In this document: positions 12,666 through 23,508 of the stretch, piece after piece | Position numbering within the stretch: position 1 is the first letter of the stretch | Layout of the letters: every line of letters starts with the position of its first letter | From: Mobula birostris | Taxonomy: Eukaryota | Assembly: GCF_030028105.1 (NCBI RefSeq) | Contig: NC_092376.1 | Coordinates: 169,475,613-169,539,612, forward strand | Direction of reading: 5' to 3' | DNA: 64,000 nucleotides | Position numbers and translations under genes: made by a program | Notes under the pieces: model-generated | Seen by the model: only the letters and a program-made list of their open reading frames with translations | Databases searched by the model: none | What the model was told of the DNA's origin: nothing

Positions 12666-13007
12666 AAAATCTGAAACATTTTTATATTTTTGATAAGATA
12701 GATAAAATTGTGTTCACTGGACTGGACATTCCTGGAAATGGCTCTGTTGGCTGGGATTGGAAACCAAGCTACAAGCAAGGCACACAGCAACTTGTGACAT
12801 TTTATAAAGATGTATCCGGAGGGTGGAACCCACGTTGGGAAATACACTTCAAACGCTATGGCATCTTTCATGTTATGAACAATAAGGCTGGTACCATTGA
12901 TCTGATAATTACTCAGCCCACATCTAAATTTGCAGGATCTATCATCTTGGTGCAAAGAGAGCCCAGTTATGAAATCTTGAAGCAATATGAAATTTTTGCG
13001 ATCAAAG
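12666..13007 (+). CDS. Ig domain D1 exon (V-like, no cysteines): NLKHFYIFDKIDKIVFTGLDIPGNGSVGWDWKP...DLIITQPTSKFAGSIILVQREPSYEILKQYEIFAIK
   Basis: Acceptor tttctcttttttaacAG (12665), donor AAAG|GTAAAT (13008), 342 nt, phase 1-1, open. Contains a C-strand WxW, an E-strand L-I-I and an F-strand AG motif. Overlaps ORF 12710..13060. Confidence 0.85.
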
Positions 13008-13159
13008 GTAAATGGGACAAAGATTTGAAAAGTGTAAAAAATGTTTTTCTTCATGAATAATTTACTTTCCAGTACTGAACGTTTTACAGGGATCATGTGA
13101 GGTTTGTTTTCTCTGCTCATTTACACTCACAGGGAGAAAGTTCTGTTCATTTTGGTAAA

Positions 13160-13870
13160 CACAAAATAATCTGCAGATGCTGGGGTCAAAGCAACACTCA
13201 CAACATGCTGGAGGAACGCAGCAGGTCGGGCAGCATCCGTGGAAATGATCAGTCAACGTTTTGGGCCGGAACCCTTCGTCAGGACTGTAGGGGAAGGGGC
13301 AGAGGCCCTATAAAGAAGGTGGGGGGAGGGTGGGAAGGAGAAGTCTGGTAGGTCCCAGGTGAAAAACCAGTAAGGGGAAAGATAAAGGGGTGGGGGAGGG
13401 GAGGCAGGGAGGGGATAGGCAGGAAAGGTGAAGAAGGAATAGGGGAAAACACAATGGGTAGTAGAAGGAGGCGGACCATGAGGAAGGTAGTAGGCAGCTG
13501 GGGGAGGGGGCAGAGTGAAATAGGGATAAGGGAATGGAGGGGGAGGGAATTACCGGAAGTTGGAGAATTCAATGTTCATACCAAGGGCCTGGAGACTACC
13601 TAGACGGTATATGAAGTGTTGCTCCTCCAGTCTGAGTTTGGCCTCATCATGGCAGTAGAAGAGGCATATCCAAATGGGAGTGTGAAGCAGAGTTGAAATG
13701 GGTGGCAACCGGGAGATCCTGTCTGTTGTGGCGGACGGAGTGGAGGTGCTCGACAAAGTGGTCACCCAATCTGCATCGGGTTTCACTGATGTAGAGGAGG
13801 CCGCACCGGGAGCACCGGATGCAATAGAAGACCCCAACAGACTCACAAGTGAAGTGTTGCCTCACCTGGC
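13160..13870 (-). mobile_element. Penelope-like element 3' part (GIY-YIG endonuclease plus terminal repeat)
   Basis: Minus ORFs 13647..13892 (FTCESVGVFYCIRCSRCGLLYISETRCRLGDHFVEH) and 13550..13846 (LEEQHFIYRLGSLQALGMNIEFSNFR), followed by a purine/pyrimidine tract and a conserved terminal repeat. Confidence 0.85.
13250..13287 (-). ncRNA. Minimal type I hammerhead ribozyme relic in the Penelope terminal repeat (probably inactive)
   Basis: Minus strand reads CAGUC-CUGACGA-A-GGGUUCCGGCCC-AAAAC-GUU-GACUG. Stem I, the CUGANGA box and stem II are intact, but GAAA is AAAA. Confidence 0.65.
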
Positions 13871-14485
13871 CAGCTGAACCCTGACATTCCATCAGGTTCA
13901 GGAGCGGGATGTGGTAAAAAGTTAATTCCCTCTGCTCTGTCTCACTGAATTTGGTGTAACCAGACTGAGAGTTTGTGTGCCCATTGTGTTATTCTGTGTC
14001 GGAGACCCAGCACTCTCTGTCCTGTAGCAAGACACAAGTGCTGATCACGGTCAGCTCCTGAGGTCAGTTTGAACCGAGTCATTGGACATGTTACTACTCA
14101 CTCCACCCATCTAATATTCGGACCAAATATTGAAAGGCTGAGATAGATCAGATGCGCAGATGATGTTTCCGATAGTGGGGGAGGAGAGGACCAGTGGGCA
14201 CAGACTCAGACTACAAGAATTTCCCATAGAACAGAGGGTGAAGAATCTACGAAATTCATCGCCACAGGTGGCTGTGGAGACCAAGTCACTGGATCCATTT
14301 AAAGCAGAGGTTTAAATAAAGGTTCTTGATTAATAAAGTTGTGAAAGGTTACAGGGAGAAGGTGTATGAAAGTGGTTGGGAAAGAAAATAAATCAGGCAT
14401 GTTGGAATGGCAGAGCAGACGCAAGTGTCAGAATGGACTAATTCTGCTCCTGTGTCATTTTGACTTATGGTCTTATTTCTCACAG

Positions 14486-14755
14486 TTGTAGCAAATCCAC
14501 GATCACCTGTGGAGGGCAGTGACGTCACCCTCAGCTGTACCATCTCCAGACTCCCAGATACCGTCAGTCTCCACTGGAAACCAGTGGGCTCATCCCAGCC
14601 GAACAGGAGGAACACCGATCAGATCCGGCTCAATAACACCGTCTATCTGATGGTCCGACACGTTACAGTGGAGGATGGGAAGTTGTATCAGTGTGAAGTA
14701 CAGGAAAACGGAAACATTGTTGGAACAGGGCAAGCAGACTTTACTGTAGACACGG
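14486..14755 (+). CDS. Ig domain D2 exon (C2-set): VANPRSPVEGSDVTLSC...LHWKP...EDGKLYQCEV...FTVDT
   Basis: Acceptor tcttatttctcacAG, donor G|GTAAG at 14756, 270 nt, phase 1-1. C-W-C pattern with 52-residue Cys spacing. Confidence 0.95.
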
Positions 14756-15059
14756 GTAAGTGTTGTTACCTCACTGTACGTATTGGGCTGGAATACATCT
14801 GTCTGGTAGGAGGTTGTTAAAAATAGTACAGGAAGAGTTCATGGCCAGGTCTAAATGGATATTTCTCATTAATATTTACAATGCAGAGGAAATGGAAATT
14901 AGTGAATTCAGGCCAGAGAAAAGTGATAACGTGACGCATATCAACATTATGAAGGAGGAGACATTGGCAGTCTGTAAACTATGGAGTCGTACAGCATGGA
15001 AACAGGCTTTTCAGCACAACTGGTCCATGCGGATCTAAGCTCGTCCCATTAGTGTCAAT

Positions 15060-15880
15060 TTATAGTAATTTGTAATACATAGTATATACAACAGGACAGT
15101 CAATAAAACATAGAAATACAATTGTATCAGCATGAATTAGTCCGTCTGATGTCCTGTTGGAAGAAGCTGTTGGTCCTGGCTTTTATGCTGCAGTACAGTT
15201 TCCTGGATGGTAGCTGCCTGAACAGTTTGCGGTTGGTGTGACTCGGGTCCCCAATGGTCTTTCGGGCCCTTCTACACACCTGTCTCTGCAAATGCCTTTG
15301 TTGAAAATTCTTCGGATTTGGGGGCCGATACCAAACTTCCTCAACGGTCTGAGGTGAAAGAGCTGCTGCTGTGTGTTTTATACTACGCAGCCAGTTTGTA
15401 CAGAGCATGTGAGATCATCACTGATGTTTATCTCGAGGAACTTAAAGCTGTTCACCCTCTCAACCCCAGTCTATTGAGGTCAATAGGGGTTATCCTGTCT
15501 GCATTTATTCTGTAGTCCACAACCAGCTCCTTTGTTTTTGCGACATTGAGGGAGAGGTTGTTTTCTTGACACCACTGTGTCAGGGTGATGACCTCTTCTC
15601 TGTCGGCTACCTCACTATTATTTGAGATTACGCCAATCAGTATGGTGTCATCAGCAAATTTAATTAACAGATTAATTAACATTCATACAGTCATGGGTAT
15701 ACAGAGAGTAAAGGAGGGGGCTTAGGACACAGTCTTGAGGGACACCCGTTTTGAGGGTCAGAGTGGCAGTGGTGAGGGAGCCCACTCTTACCACCTGCTG
15801 GCGATCTGACAGGAAGTCCAGGATCCAGTTACACAAGGCAAAGTGAAGGCTGTGGTCTCTGAGCTTCTCGTTGAGCCTGG
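15060..15880 (-). mobile_element. Rex1/Babar-like LINE RT fragment
   Basis: ORF 15452..15682 (KFADDTILIGVI...WCQENNLSLNVAKTKELVVDYR) and the C-terminal fragment in 15127..15408. Confidence 0.75.
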
Positions 15881-16046
15881 AGGGAATTATGGTTTAGAAT
15901 GGTGAACTGCAGTCCAAGAACAGCATTCTCACATAAGTAGTTTTGATGGGAATCATACCGATCATTCAATATGTCAGCGCAACATTCTCCAACTCGGAGA
16001 CTAAAACCAATCATAATCACGATTCAGTACTGTAAATGTCCAACTG

Positions 16047-16208
16047 CAGTGGTGGATATTAAAGTGTTACTCATGTACTCAGTGGTGGATATTAAAATGT
16101 TACTCATGTACTCAGTGGTGGATATTAAAGTGTTACTCATGTACTCAGTGGTGGATATTAAAGTGTTACTCATGTACTCAGTGGTGGATATTAAAGTGTT
16201 ACTCATGT
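16047..16208. repeat. 33-bp tandem repeat (cagtggtggatattaaagtgttactcatgtact) x~5
   Basis: Nearly identical head-to-tail units with no spacers. Confidence 0.95.
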
Positions 16209-16424
16209 CAAAGTGTTACAGTGAAGGAGGAGTCAACACGACAACCACCAGCACTTCCAACTCACACTCAGCACTGGGTCCCGGTTCTCATAGCAACACT
16301 GAACAACAAACCATTCTCTCTCTCACTGACCCTTTCTGCCAAGTCTTTATCGTATTTGCTGTGATTCCAGCTTCAATGACAGACTCAGGCTTCAGTGGAG
16401 ATTAGGTCTCAAGTGTGGACCAAT

Positions 16425-17205
16425 GAGATGTTGCAGCACTTGAGGTCCATTCAGAAACTGAAGCTGAATATGTGACTTAAACAAATTAGGAGAATGGGCT
16501 ATTTTCTAAGCAGGGAGAAAATTCAAAATTCAGAAGTAAAAAGGGGCTCAATCGTCCTTGTGCAGGATTCCCTAAAGGTTAGCTTTCAGGTTGATTAAGT
16601 GGTGAGAAATGTAAATGCAATGTTAGTAATCATTTTGAGAGGATTAGGATATAAAAGCAAGGATGTCAAGGCTTTACAAGACATTATTGAGACTGGACTT
16701 GGAGAATGGTGAGCAATTTTGGGTCCCTTCTCTCAAAAAGGATGTTCTGTTTTGCAGATGGTCTAGTGGAGTGTCATCAGAATGACTCTGGGAATGAAAG
16801 GGTTAAGAATGAGGAGTATCTGATGGTTCAAGGCCTTTCCTCTGGAGTTTAGAAGAATGCGGGAGGTCTCATTGAAACCTATTGAAGTTTGTAAGGGCTG
16901 AACAGAGTGGATGCGGAGAGGATGTTTCCAATAGTGGGAGAGTCTAAAATCAGAGAGCACAACTCTGCATAGAATGTCATCCATTTATGGATGAAGAGGG
17001 TGGTGAATCCTTCGCCAGAGGGTGGGGAATCTGTGCAATTAATTTAAAGTAGTAAGTGATAGGTTCATAATTAGACAGGGCATCGAAGATTAACAGGAGA
17101 AGACAGAAGAATGGATTTGAGAGGGATAATAAATCTGCCATGTTGTAATGGCAGAAGAGACTCGATGGGCTGAATGGCCTAATGTTGCTCCTATGCTTTA
17201 TGGTT
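16425..17205 (+). mobile_element. Degraded CR1 3' fragment in the D2-D3 intron
   Basis: Nucleotide similarity to other CR1 3' ends in the window (gagaaaattcaaaattcagaag..., tttagaagaatg, atgggctgaatggcctaat). Confidence 0.7.
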
Positions 17206-17279
17206 TTATGGCGGCTTCTCATCACTGCCTCCAGAATGGCATTGTAACATTTTAATGAGTTCTCCTCTCTTTCATGCAG

Positions 17280-17618
17280 ATCGATATGATAAACGTTACA
17301 CACTTTATCGCTCAGTTACGGATCACAGTGAATTCCACCTCTTCTGTTACAGTCATTATGTTTACTACAGTGCTGCCTGGACTTGGCTGTCACATGTTCA
17401 TCAAAGTCCGTGGAAAACAATTGCAACAGCATTGGAATCTCAGCCCGTGAATGTCAGTGAGAGCCACTTTGTGAATCGACTGATGCTCACAGAGACACCT
17501 TTTAACGGCAAGAATTTCAGTATGAGGGTTTTTCCTGTGGTGTTTGAAGATGCAGGAGAATACAAGTGTACTCTGGAAGCAAATGTATTTATGACAATGA
17601 GACTAATCACAGTTAAAG
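17280..17618 (+). CDS. Ig domain D3 exon (V-set): ...HLFCYSHYVYYSAAWTW...NRL...NFSMRVFPVVFEDAGEYKC...ITVK
   Basis: Acceptor ctctctttcatgcAG, donor AAAG|GTAGG at 17619, 339 nt, phase 1-1. Canonical D-x-G-x-Y-x-C motif with 74-residue Cys spacing. Confidence 0.95.
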
Positions 17619-17731
17619 GTAGGAGACAGAATGTGTGACAACAGATTTCCCAAAACCACAGCATTTTGCTTTTGTGCAGTATGTCACTCCTGTTTTTAAG
17701 GAGACTAATAACGTTTTTCTTGTTTCCACAG

Positions 17732-17992
17732 TCACGGCTGAACCGTCTGATACAGTGACTGAGGGAGACGCCGTTGCCCTGAGCTGCTCTGTGTCTGGCG
17801 TCACTGCATCGACCAGACTGGTTTGGATCAATGGAGACGGTGAAACTGTTGGAGACAAAACACTGACTGGGGAAGAGAGATCACTGAGTCTGATCGTACA
17901 GAAAGCTGACAGAGGCAGAGGGAAATGGACGTGTGGTGTGTTTGATCAGAAAACTCTCCAGCTTTCAGTACCATATAATCTGGAAGTCAGAG
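17732..17992 (+). CDS. Ig domain D4 exon (C2-set with WxC): TAEPSDTVTEGDAVALSC...LVW...GKWTCGV...LEVR
   Basis: Acceptor tttttcttgtttccacAG, donor AGAG|GTAAG at 17993, 261 nt, phase 1-1. Cys spacing 49. The F-strand W-x-C is characteristic of CD4/LAG-3 family C2 domains. Confidence 0.95.
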
Positions 17993-18116
17993 GTAAGAGT
18001 CTCGTGTTTTTCCCAATGTACTGAGTTTCATGATGAGGCTTGGTTCTGTCTGCAAGCAGCATCCTTTTACTTCCACACTGTGTGGGAGAATCCCACAGAG
18101 GTAAAGCTTAGAATTA

Positions 18117-18179
18117 CAGTACTGTACAATAGTCTCAGGCACATACAGCTTGGATGCCCCAGACCTTTGCACAGTACTG
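18117..18179. mobile_element. ~65-bp palindromic MITE flanked by TA
   Basis: TA-cagtactg...cagtactg-TA hairpin. Confidence 0.7.
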
Positions 18180-18273
18180 TATTTATCAATGTGAGAGGAG
18201 AGCGAGTTTGTAAACTTGGTGGGGAGCAAAGGATTTTGGGAATGGAGTTGGTTGGGTGCTGGAGCAGAGGAGT

Positions 18274-18505
18274 GGGGCATGTGACAGAGGGGTGGGGCAT
18301 GTGACGGGTGGTGCTGGGGGGACATGTGACAGAGGGGTGCTGGGGTGTGGGACATTGACAGAGGGGTGCTGGGGGGGCCATGTGACAGAGGGGTGCTGAG
18401 GTGTGGGCCATGTGACAGAGGGGTGCTGAGATGGGGACATGTGACAGAGGTGTGCTGAGGGTGGGGGAATGCACGGGTGCTGAGGTGGGAGAATGCGCGG
18501 GTGCA
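18274..18505. repeat. G-rich ~30-bp minisatellite (catgtgacagaggggtgctg... core)
   Basis: About 8 imperfect units downstream of the D4 exon. Confidence 0.85.
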
Positions 18506-20015
18506 GACACAACAAGCCATGAGACACCAGGCAAGGACATTTGCTTCCAAGCAGTTGTTTTCTTGATCGTTATGGAATGTTTCTCTGTTGCTTCACGCTC
18601 CCTCCCCTCTCCCTGTCCCTTTTCCCAACCATGATTTCCGTCTCCTTACCCCCTTCCCACTCTCAGTCCACAACAGAAAACTGTATCAGAATCTGATTAA
18701 TCTTTATTCACATTTGTCATGAAATATGTAGTTTTTTTGCAGCAGCAGTATAGTACAATACATACAATTACTGCAGTACTATTCCAAAGTCTTAGGCACA
18801 TCAACTGTATATATGTACCTTAGACTTTTGCATAGTACTCTAGTTTGTATTGAAACCAGGTTTGTGTATGTGTGACACAACCTATCTTCTAAACTCTAGT
18901 GAATACTTGTCCAACCTCCCCAGTCTTTCCTCATTGATGCAAACTAGGTATCCAGATATCAGCCCAGTAAAATTAAATGAGATCAATACTCCTCAAAATA
19001 CTCCAGATATGGTGTCATAAATACTTCTATTTATTTATTTATTGAGATACAGCACAGGTCAACACTTCCAACCCTTTAAGCCATGCTGGCTAGCAATCAC
19101 CTGACTGCATCCTATACTAATCACGGGATAATTTACAATGACCAATTAGCCTACCAACCGATAGGTCTTTGGACTGTGGGAGGGAAACCCACGTGATCAC
19201 GGGGAGAGGGTACAAGCTCCTTAGAGGCAGCAGTGGGAATGCAACTTGGGTCGCCTGTACTGTAAAGCATTGTGCTAACCACTATGCTACCATGCCTCTA
19301 CTCAATATCATTGAAGTATGTAAGTATCATTAAAGTGTGAGATCCTACTTTTGTGTACAACTCTCTTTGCAGTAAATGGAACATGTTAACTTCCCCGTTT
19401 ATATACTCTGGCAGTATTTCATGCCCCAGGATCCCCAGATTCCTCTGGATCTCAAAGCTCTAATATCTCTCAACATTTAGATGATAAGCTTCTTTTTCCC
19501 TTTCATTTATTCAACCAGATTACTCCACCAACATCTGTATCATAAGAATGACAAGGGTGCATGGGAGCAGGTCCACCAGCATGTTTCCCCTCTAAGTTGC
19601 ATGATTTTGAAATGTATCTTTCAATGCTTATTGATTATAAGACCCAAATCCTGGACCTCCCCACCCAACAGCAACATGGGGGGACTTCACAAGAAAGTCA
19701 GTGTGAGTACTCCCACCACTTTGTCATGGACAATAAGCGAGCAACAATGAATGTTGCTCTTGGAACGACACCACATTCTGCAAAATAATTCCTTTGAAAA
19801 TAGATCTGTGCACGTTTAGGCTGTGATCAAGTGATGGAATATGAGTGAAGTCAGTAACTTTTTTCCAACAAGCACAAACATAATGGCTCAATGCCCTCTT
19901 GTCTAGTAAATTTTATATCAGCCCATGAAATATGTAATATTACACAAAGGCAATATCTTCCTTACCTTGTTTAGTTTTCCTCTGAAATAGTAATTATTTC
20001 AGTGTCAGTCTAGAA

Positions 20016-20096
20016 CAGGGGTTCCCAACTTTTTTATATGACATTGACCCCTGTCATTAATGGAGGGGTCCGTGGACCCCATGTTGGGAGCTCCTG
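20016..20096. mobile_element. ~80-bp hAT (Charlie-like) MITE
   Basis: CAGGGGTTCCCAAC...GTTGGGAGCTCCTG inverted termini with an 8-bp TSD GTCTAGAA/GTCTAGAC. Confidence 0.82.
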
Positions 20097-20117
20097 GTCT
20101 AGACAATGAGCAATATA

Positions 20118-20628
20118 CACTCCGTGTCCTTTTATTATGTACACCTGCTCCTTAATGCAAATATCTGATTAGTCAATCCTACATTGATAAGGCCAAGTGT
20201 TCATTTGTTGATAGGATCAAACATCTGAACGGGGAAGAAATGTAAACTAAGTGACTTTGATCATGGAATAATTGTTGGTGCCAGATGGAGTAGTTTTTGT
20301 ATCTCAAAAACAGCTGATCTGTAATATTCACACACAACAGTTTCTAGAGTTTACAGAGAATTGTCTGAGAGAGGAAAAAATCCAGTGGGAAGCAGTTCTG
20401 AAAGTGGCTTGTTAATGAGATAAGTCAGAAGAGAATGGGCAGACTTGTTGAAGCTGACAGGAAGTCGGCAGTAACTCAAATAACCACACATTACAGCAGT
20501 GGTGTGCAGAAGAGCACCTCGAATGCACAACAACTTGAACTTTCAAGCGGATGGGCTGCAACAGCAGAAGATCACAAGCATATTCTCAGTGCCCACTTTA
20601 TTTGGTACAATAAAGATTCCACTGAGTT
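20118..20628. mobile_element. Non-autonomous Tc1-derived element
   Basis: TA followed by a cactcagtggccactttattagg-like terminus and the inverted terminus; related to copies at 23509 and 40344. Confidence 0.7.
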
Positions 20629-20919
20629 TATGGCTGTTGTACAGCAAAAAGTGTAAAGCTGAATCAGATCCTTTATTGATCAGCCAACTCTCCATATCTT
20701 CCAGATGGAATCTTTCAGCTAATACCATGAATGAAATCCCTGTGTGATTTATTTTTGCTGTATCTCTGTCAGGAGGGTCATTTGTAATACTCCAGTCTTC
20801 TTGTTTGGTTAATTTGGATTAGGAATCTAATGCAAAAGCATTTGGTCTTTCAGAGATCTTTTAAATAATGATTAATTACTGTAATCTAAAGGTGAAATTT
20901 GTGCTTACTCTTCTGCCAG

Positions 20920-21024
20920 ATAACTACACCAATATTGCTATTATTGGAAGTCTAGTTCTTCTAGTTCTTCTTCTCATCATTATCCTGGGACTGGTGTTGT
21001 GTTTGAAGAAATGCAAGAGTAAAG
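20920..21024 (+). CDS. Transmembrane exon: DNYTNIAIIGSLVLLVLLLIIILGLVLCLKKCKSK
   Basis: Acceptor cttactcttctgccAG, donor AAAG|GTGAG at 21025, 105 nt, phase 1-1. About 23 hydrophobic residues followed by a basic stop-transfer stretch. Confidence 0.93.
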
Positions 21025-22129
21025 GTGAGATGCATGACAAAAATCTTAATGAAAGCCCAAATCCAAAACAAAATTATCATTGAGGATTTTATCTTAGATG
21101 CACTTACATGCAATCTGTTAAATATTGAGTGCATGCCAATGCCTGATGTGATACTTCTTAAGTAATTGTTTATGCTTTAAAACTTAGCATTGGTAGGGAG
21201 GGTTATGGTAAGGGTTTAGAATTCATTTGTGGTGAGAAATATGGTAGCTGCAGTTGTACCAAGAGTTAGAGCGATCGTTTTCACTCAAAGTTTGGACAAT
21301 AGTATATGCAATGAAAGGTCAATTTGCTGATAATTTGATGCTGGTGATGGGCAATGATCTTTACGTTCAAGCTTATTGTCATTCAACCGTACACATATAT
21401 ACAGCTAAACAAAACAACATTCCTCAGGAACCAAGGTGTAATTAGCTATGTAACTGACGGATGGAGTATAGTATAGGAAAACGGAGACCTTGAGAGGAGA
21501 ATGAAAAAAATAACTGATTATTTATATGAATGATACTACTAAATTTTGTGAGAAAAAGGGATACGAGTGCCCTATAGTGTGAAATACAAAGAGTTTGCAT
21601 GCAGATACAACAGGTAATTAGGAAGGGAGATAGAATATCTATGGAGAATAACAGTTAAGAAGTTTTTATTCAACTTTATAGAGCATGCTGAAATCGTATC
21701 TGGAGTATTTGTGATAGTATTGGTTTGCATACATAAGGAAGGATACGTGGATAAAATTCTCTGCATTGATTTCTGAAATGAAGGGCTTTAGAATTTACAG
21801 CAAAGTGTCCGTGTGCAGGTATCCAGAACTGGAGTGTGGGGAAATGGTTCAGAATAAGGGATTGTTCTTTTAAAATGGAATTTCTTCTGTGAGCTCTTGA
21901 TGCTTTGTAATTCTCTATTCTTGAGCAATGTGAAGGTGTGGATCATTCAAGGTGGAAATAGACATTTGTCTAAACTACAGTGGAGTTAAAGGGTGTGGAG
22001 AGAGTGGGAAGTGGTGTTATTCAATCATGATTAAACTGATTGGCACAGCAAGTTTTAGCGGTCAAGTGACTATTCTTGCTACGTCTTCTTAAGTTGATAG
22101 GGTTGTGAGTTGTGATTTCATTCCACCGG

Positions 22130-22360
22130 GATGCAACACAGAGCGTCATAGGAAGTCATTCCTGCCTGTGGCCATCAAACTTTACAACTCCTCCCTTGGA
22201 GGATCAGACACCCTGAGCCAATAGGCTGGTCCTGGACTTTTTTCCTGGCATAACTTACATATTACTATTTAATTATTTATGGTTTTATTACTATTTAATT
22301 ATTTATGGTGCAACTGTAACGAAAACCAATTTCTCCCAGGATCAATAAAGTATGACTATG
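22130..22360 (+). mobile_element. Rex1/Babar-like LINE 3' end
   Basis: Near-identical to the reverse complement of ~46095-46330; ends caataaagtatgactatgact. Confidence 0.75.
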
Positions 22361-23508
22361 ACTAGTATGCATTTGGATATCTATTTCAGTGTTCACAAAC
22401 TGACAACGGAGCTCTCCCTCAGTATTATATAGATGACCAGACCCAATCATGTGCCCATGATAAAGAAAAGGTCCTGATGCCAAAACACTTGAAAACAAAC
22501 TGCATTGTACTGTATCTTCATATCTGTGTCCAGTTTCATTACATGTTATAATAATGTATTTCATACAATGAAGCACTGCAGCAAATCAAGCATTTTATAG
22601 AGTTTTAGGAGAATACAAGGAAATCATAAGAAAAAATGAATGTGTTTTAATATGTGTCATCTATGTAAACAGATTCAGGAAATCAAAAACGAAAGCCTCT
22701 TCAAACAGGTGGAAATGAAGAAGAAACATCTCATCTTTATTCAAATACTGTTGAAATCCAGCAAATGCAAGGTAACATGGAAACATCTAAACCAAAACTG
22801 GGCTTTTACTCACCGAGTGTTCCAATGCTGTTGGCAATGGTTCAGTCACTTTTGCCATTTTCAGATTAGGAACTCTTTATGGCACAAGTTGTGTATTTAT
22901 TTAGCTTCACTCAAAACCTCAGAGGACTTGAGACAATTTGACAATTCTCCACAGTCTCACTTGTTGCTTTGTCACAGGCACACAAGACACACAAAGTGCT
23001 GAAACAACTCAGCACGTCAGGTAGCATCTATGGAAACGAATAGACAGACAACATTTTCCAACATCTGTAGACTTTCTCATGTTTATGATTTACGGATTTT
23101 ATATAATACATTTTCTCTATAGAGATCCTGAACAATTGCTCAAGTTGCTACAATCAGCCACCCAAAACCCAATGAATGTCATTCATTCAAAGCAGTGGAA
23201 ATGATCTGGAATATTTACAGTTGAGTTCACTACTAATTGATGATGTGATGTGGATACCAATGATTGTCAAATTTTACATGCAAGACAATGTATCACGTTC
23301 TAATTTTATTCTTCATTCCCTGTAAGCATTGGGAAAACATAGCATGCAATAATCACTTGCATGAAGTTAAATCTTACTGATGATTAACTTGCACCTTGAT
23401 GCATCCTAAAAATAATGATGCCATACTGACTGGATAATTGTTTACTTCCAGGAGTGATCCTGCATTGCTTGTGAAATCAGCCTTCTGCCATTAAAATAAT
23501 CTAATATA

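Noticed and set aside
15971-16405. 33-bp array as a CRISPR or a repeat-protein ORF
   Set aside because: Units are contiguous with no spacers, the context is eukaryotic and intronic, and the ORF is a by-product of the 33-nt period.
17987-18550. Minus-strand ORFs of 113-187 aa
   Set aside because: They derive from the G-rich minisatellite.
23452-23500. Acceptor-like tttacttccAG as an extra tail exon
   Set aside because: Phase-1 reading hits a stop after six codons and there is no good donor.
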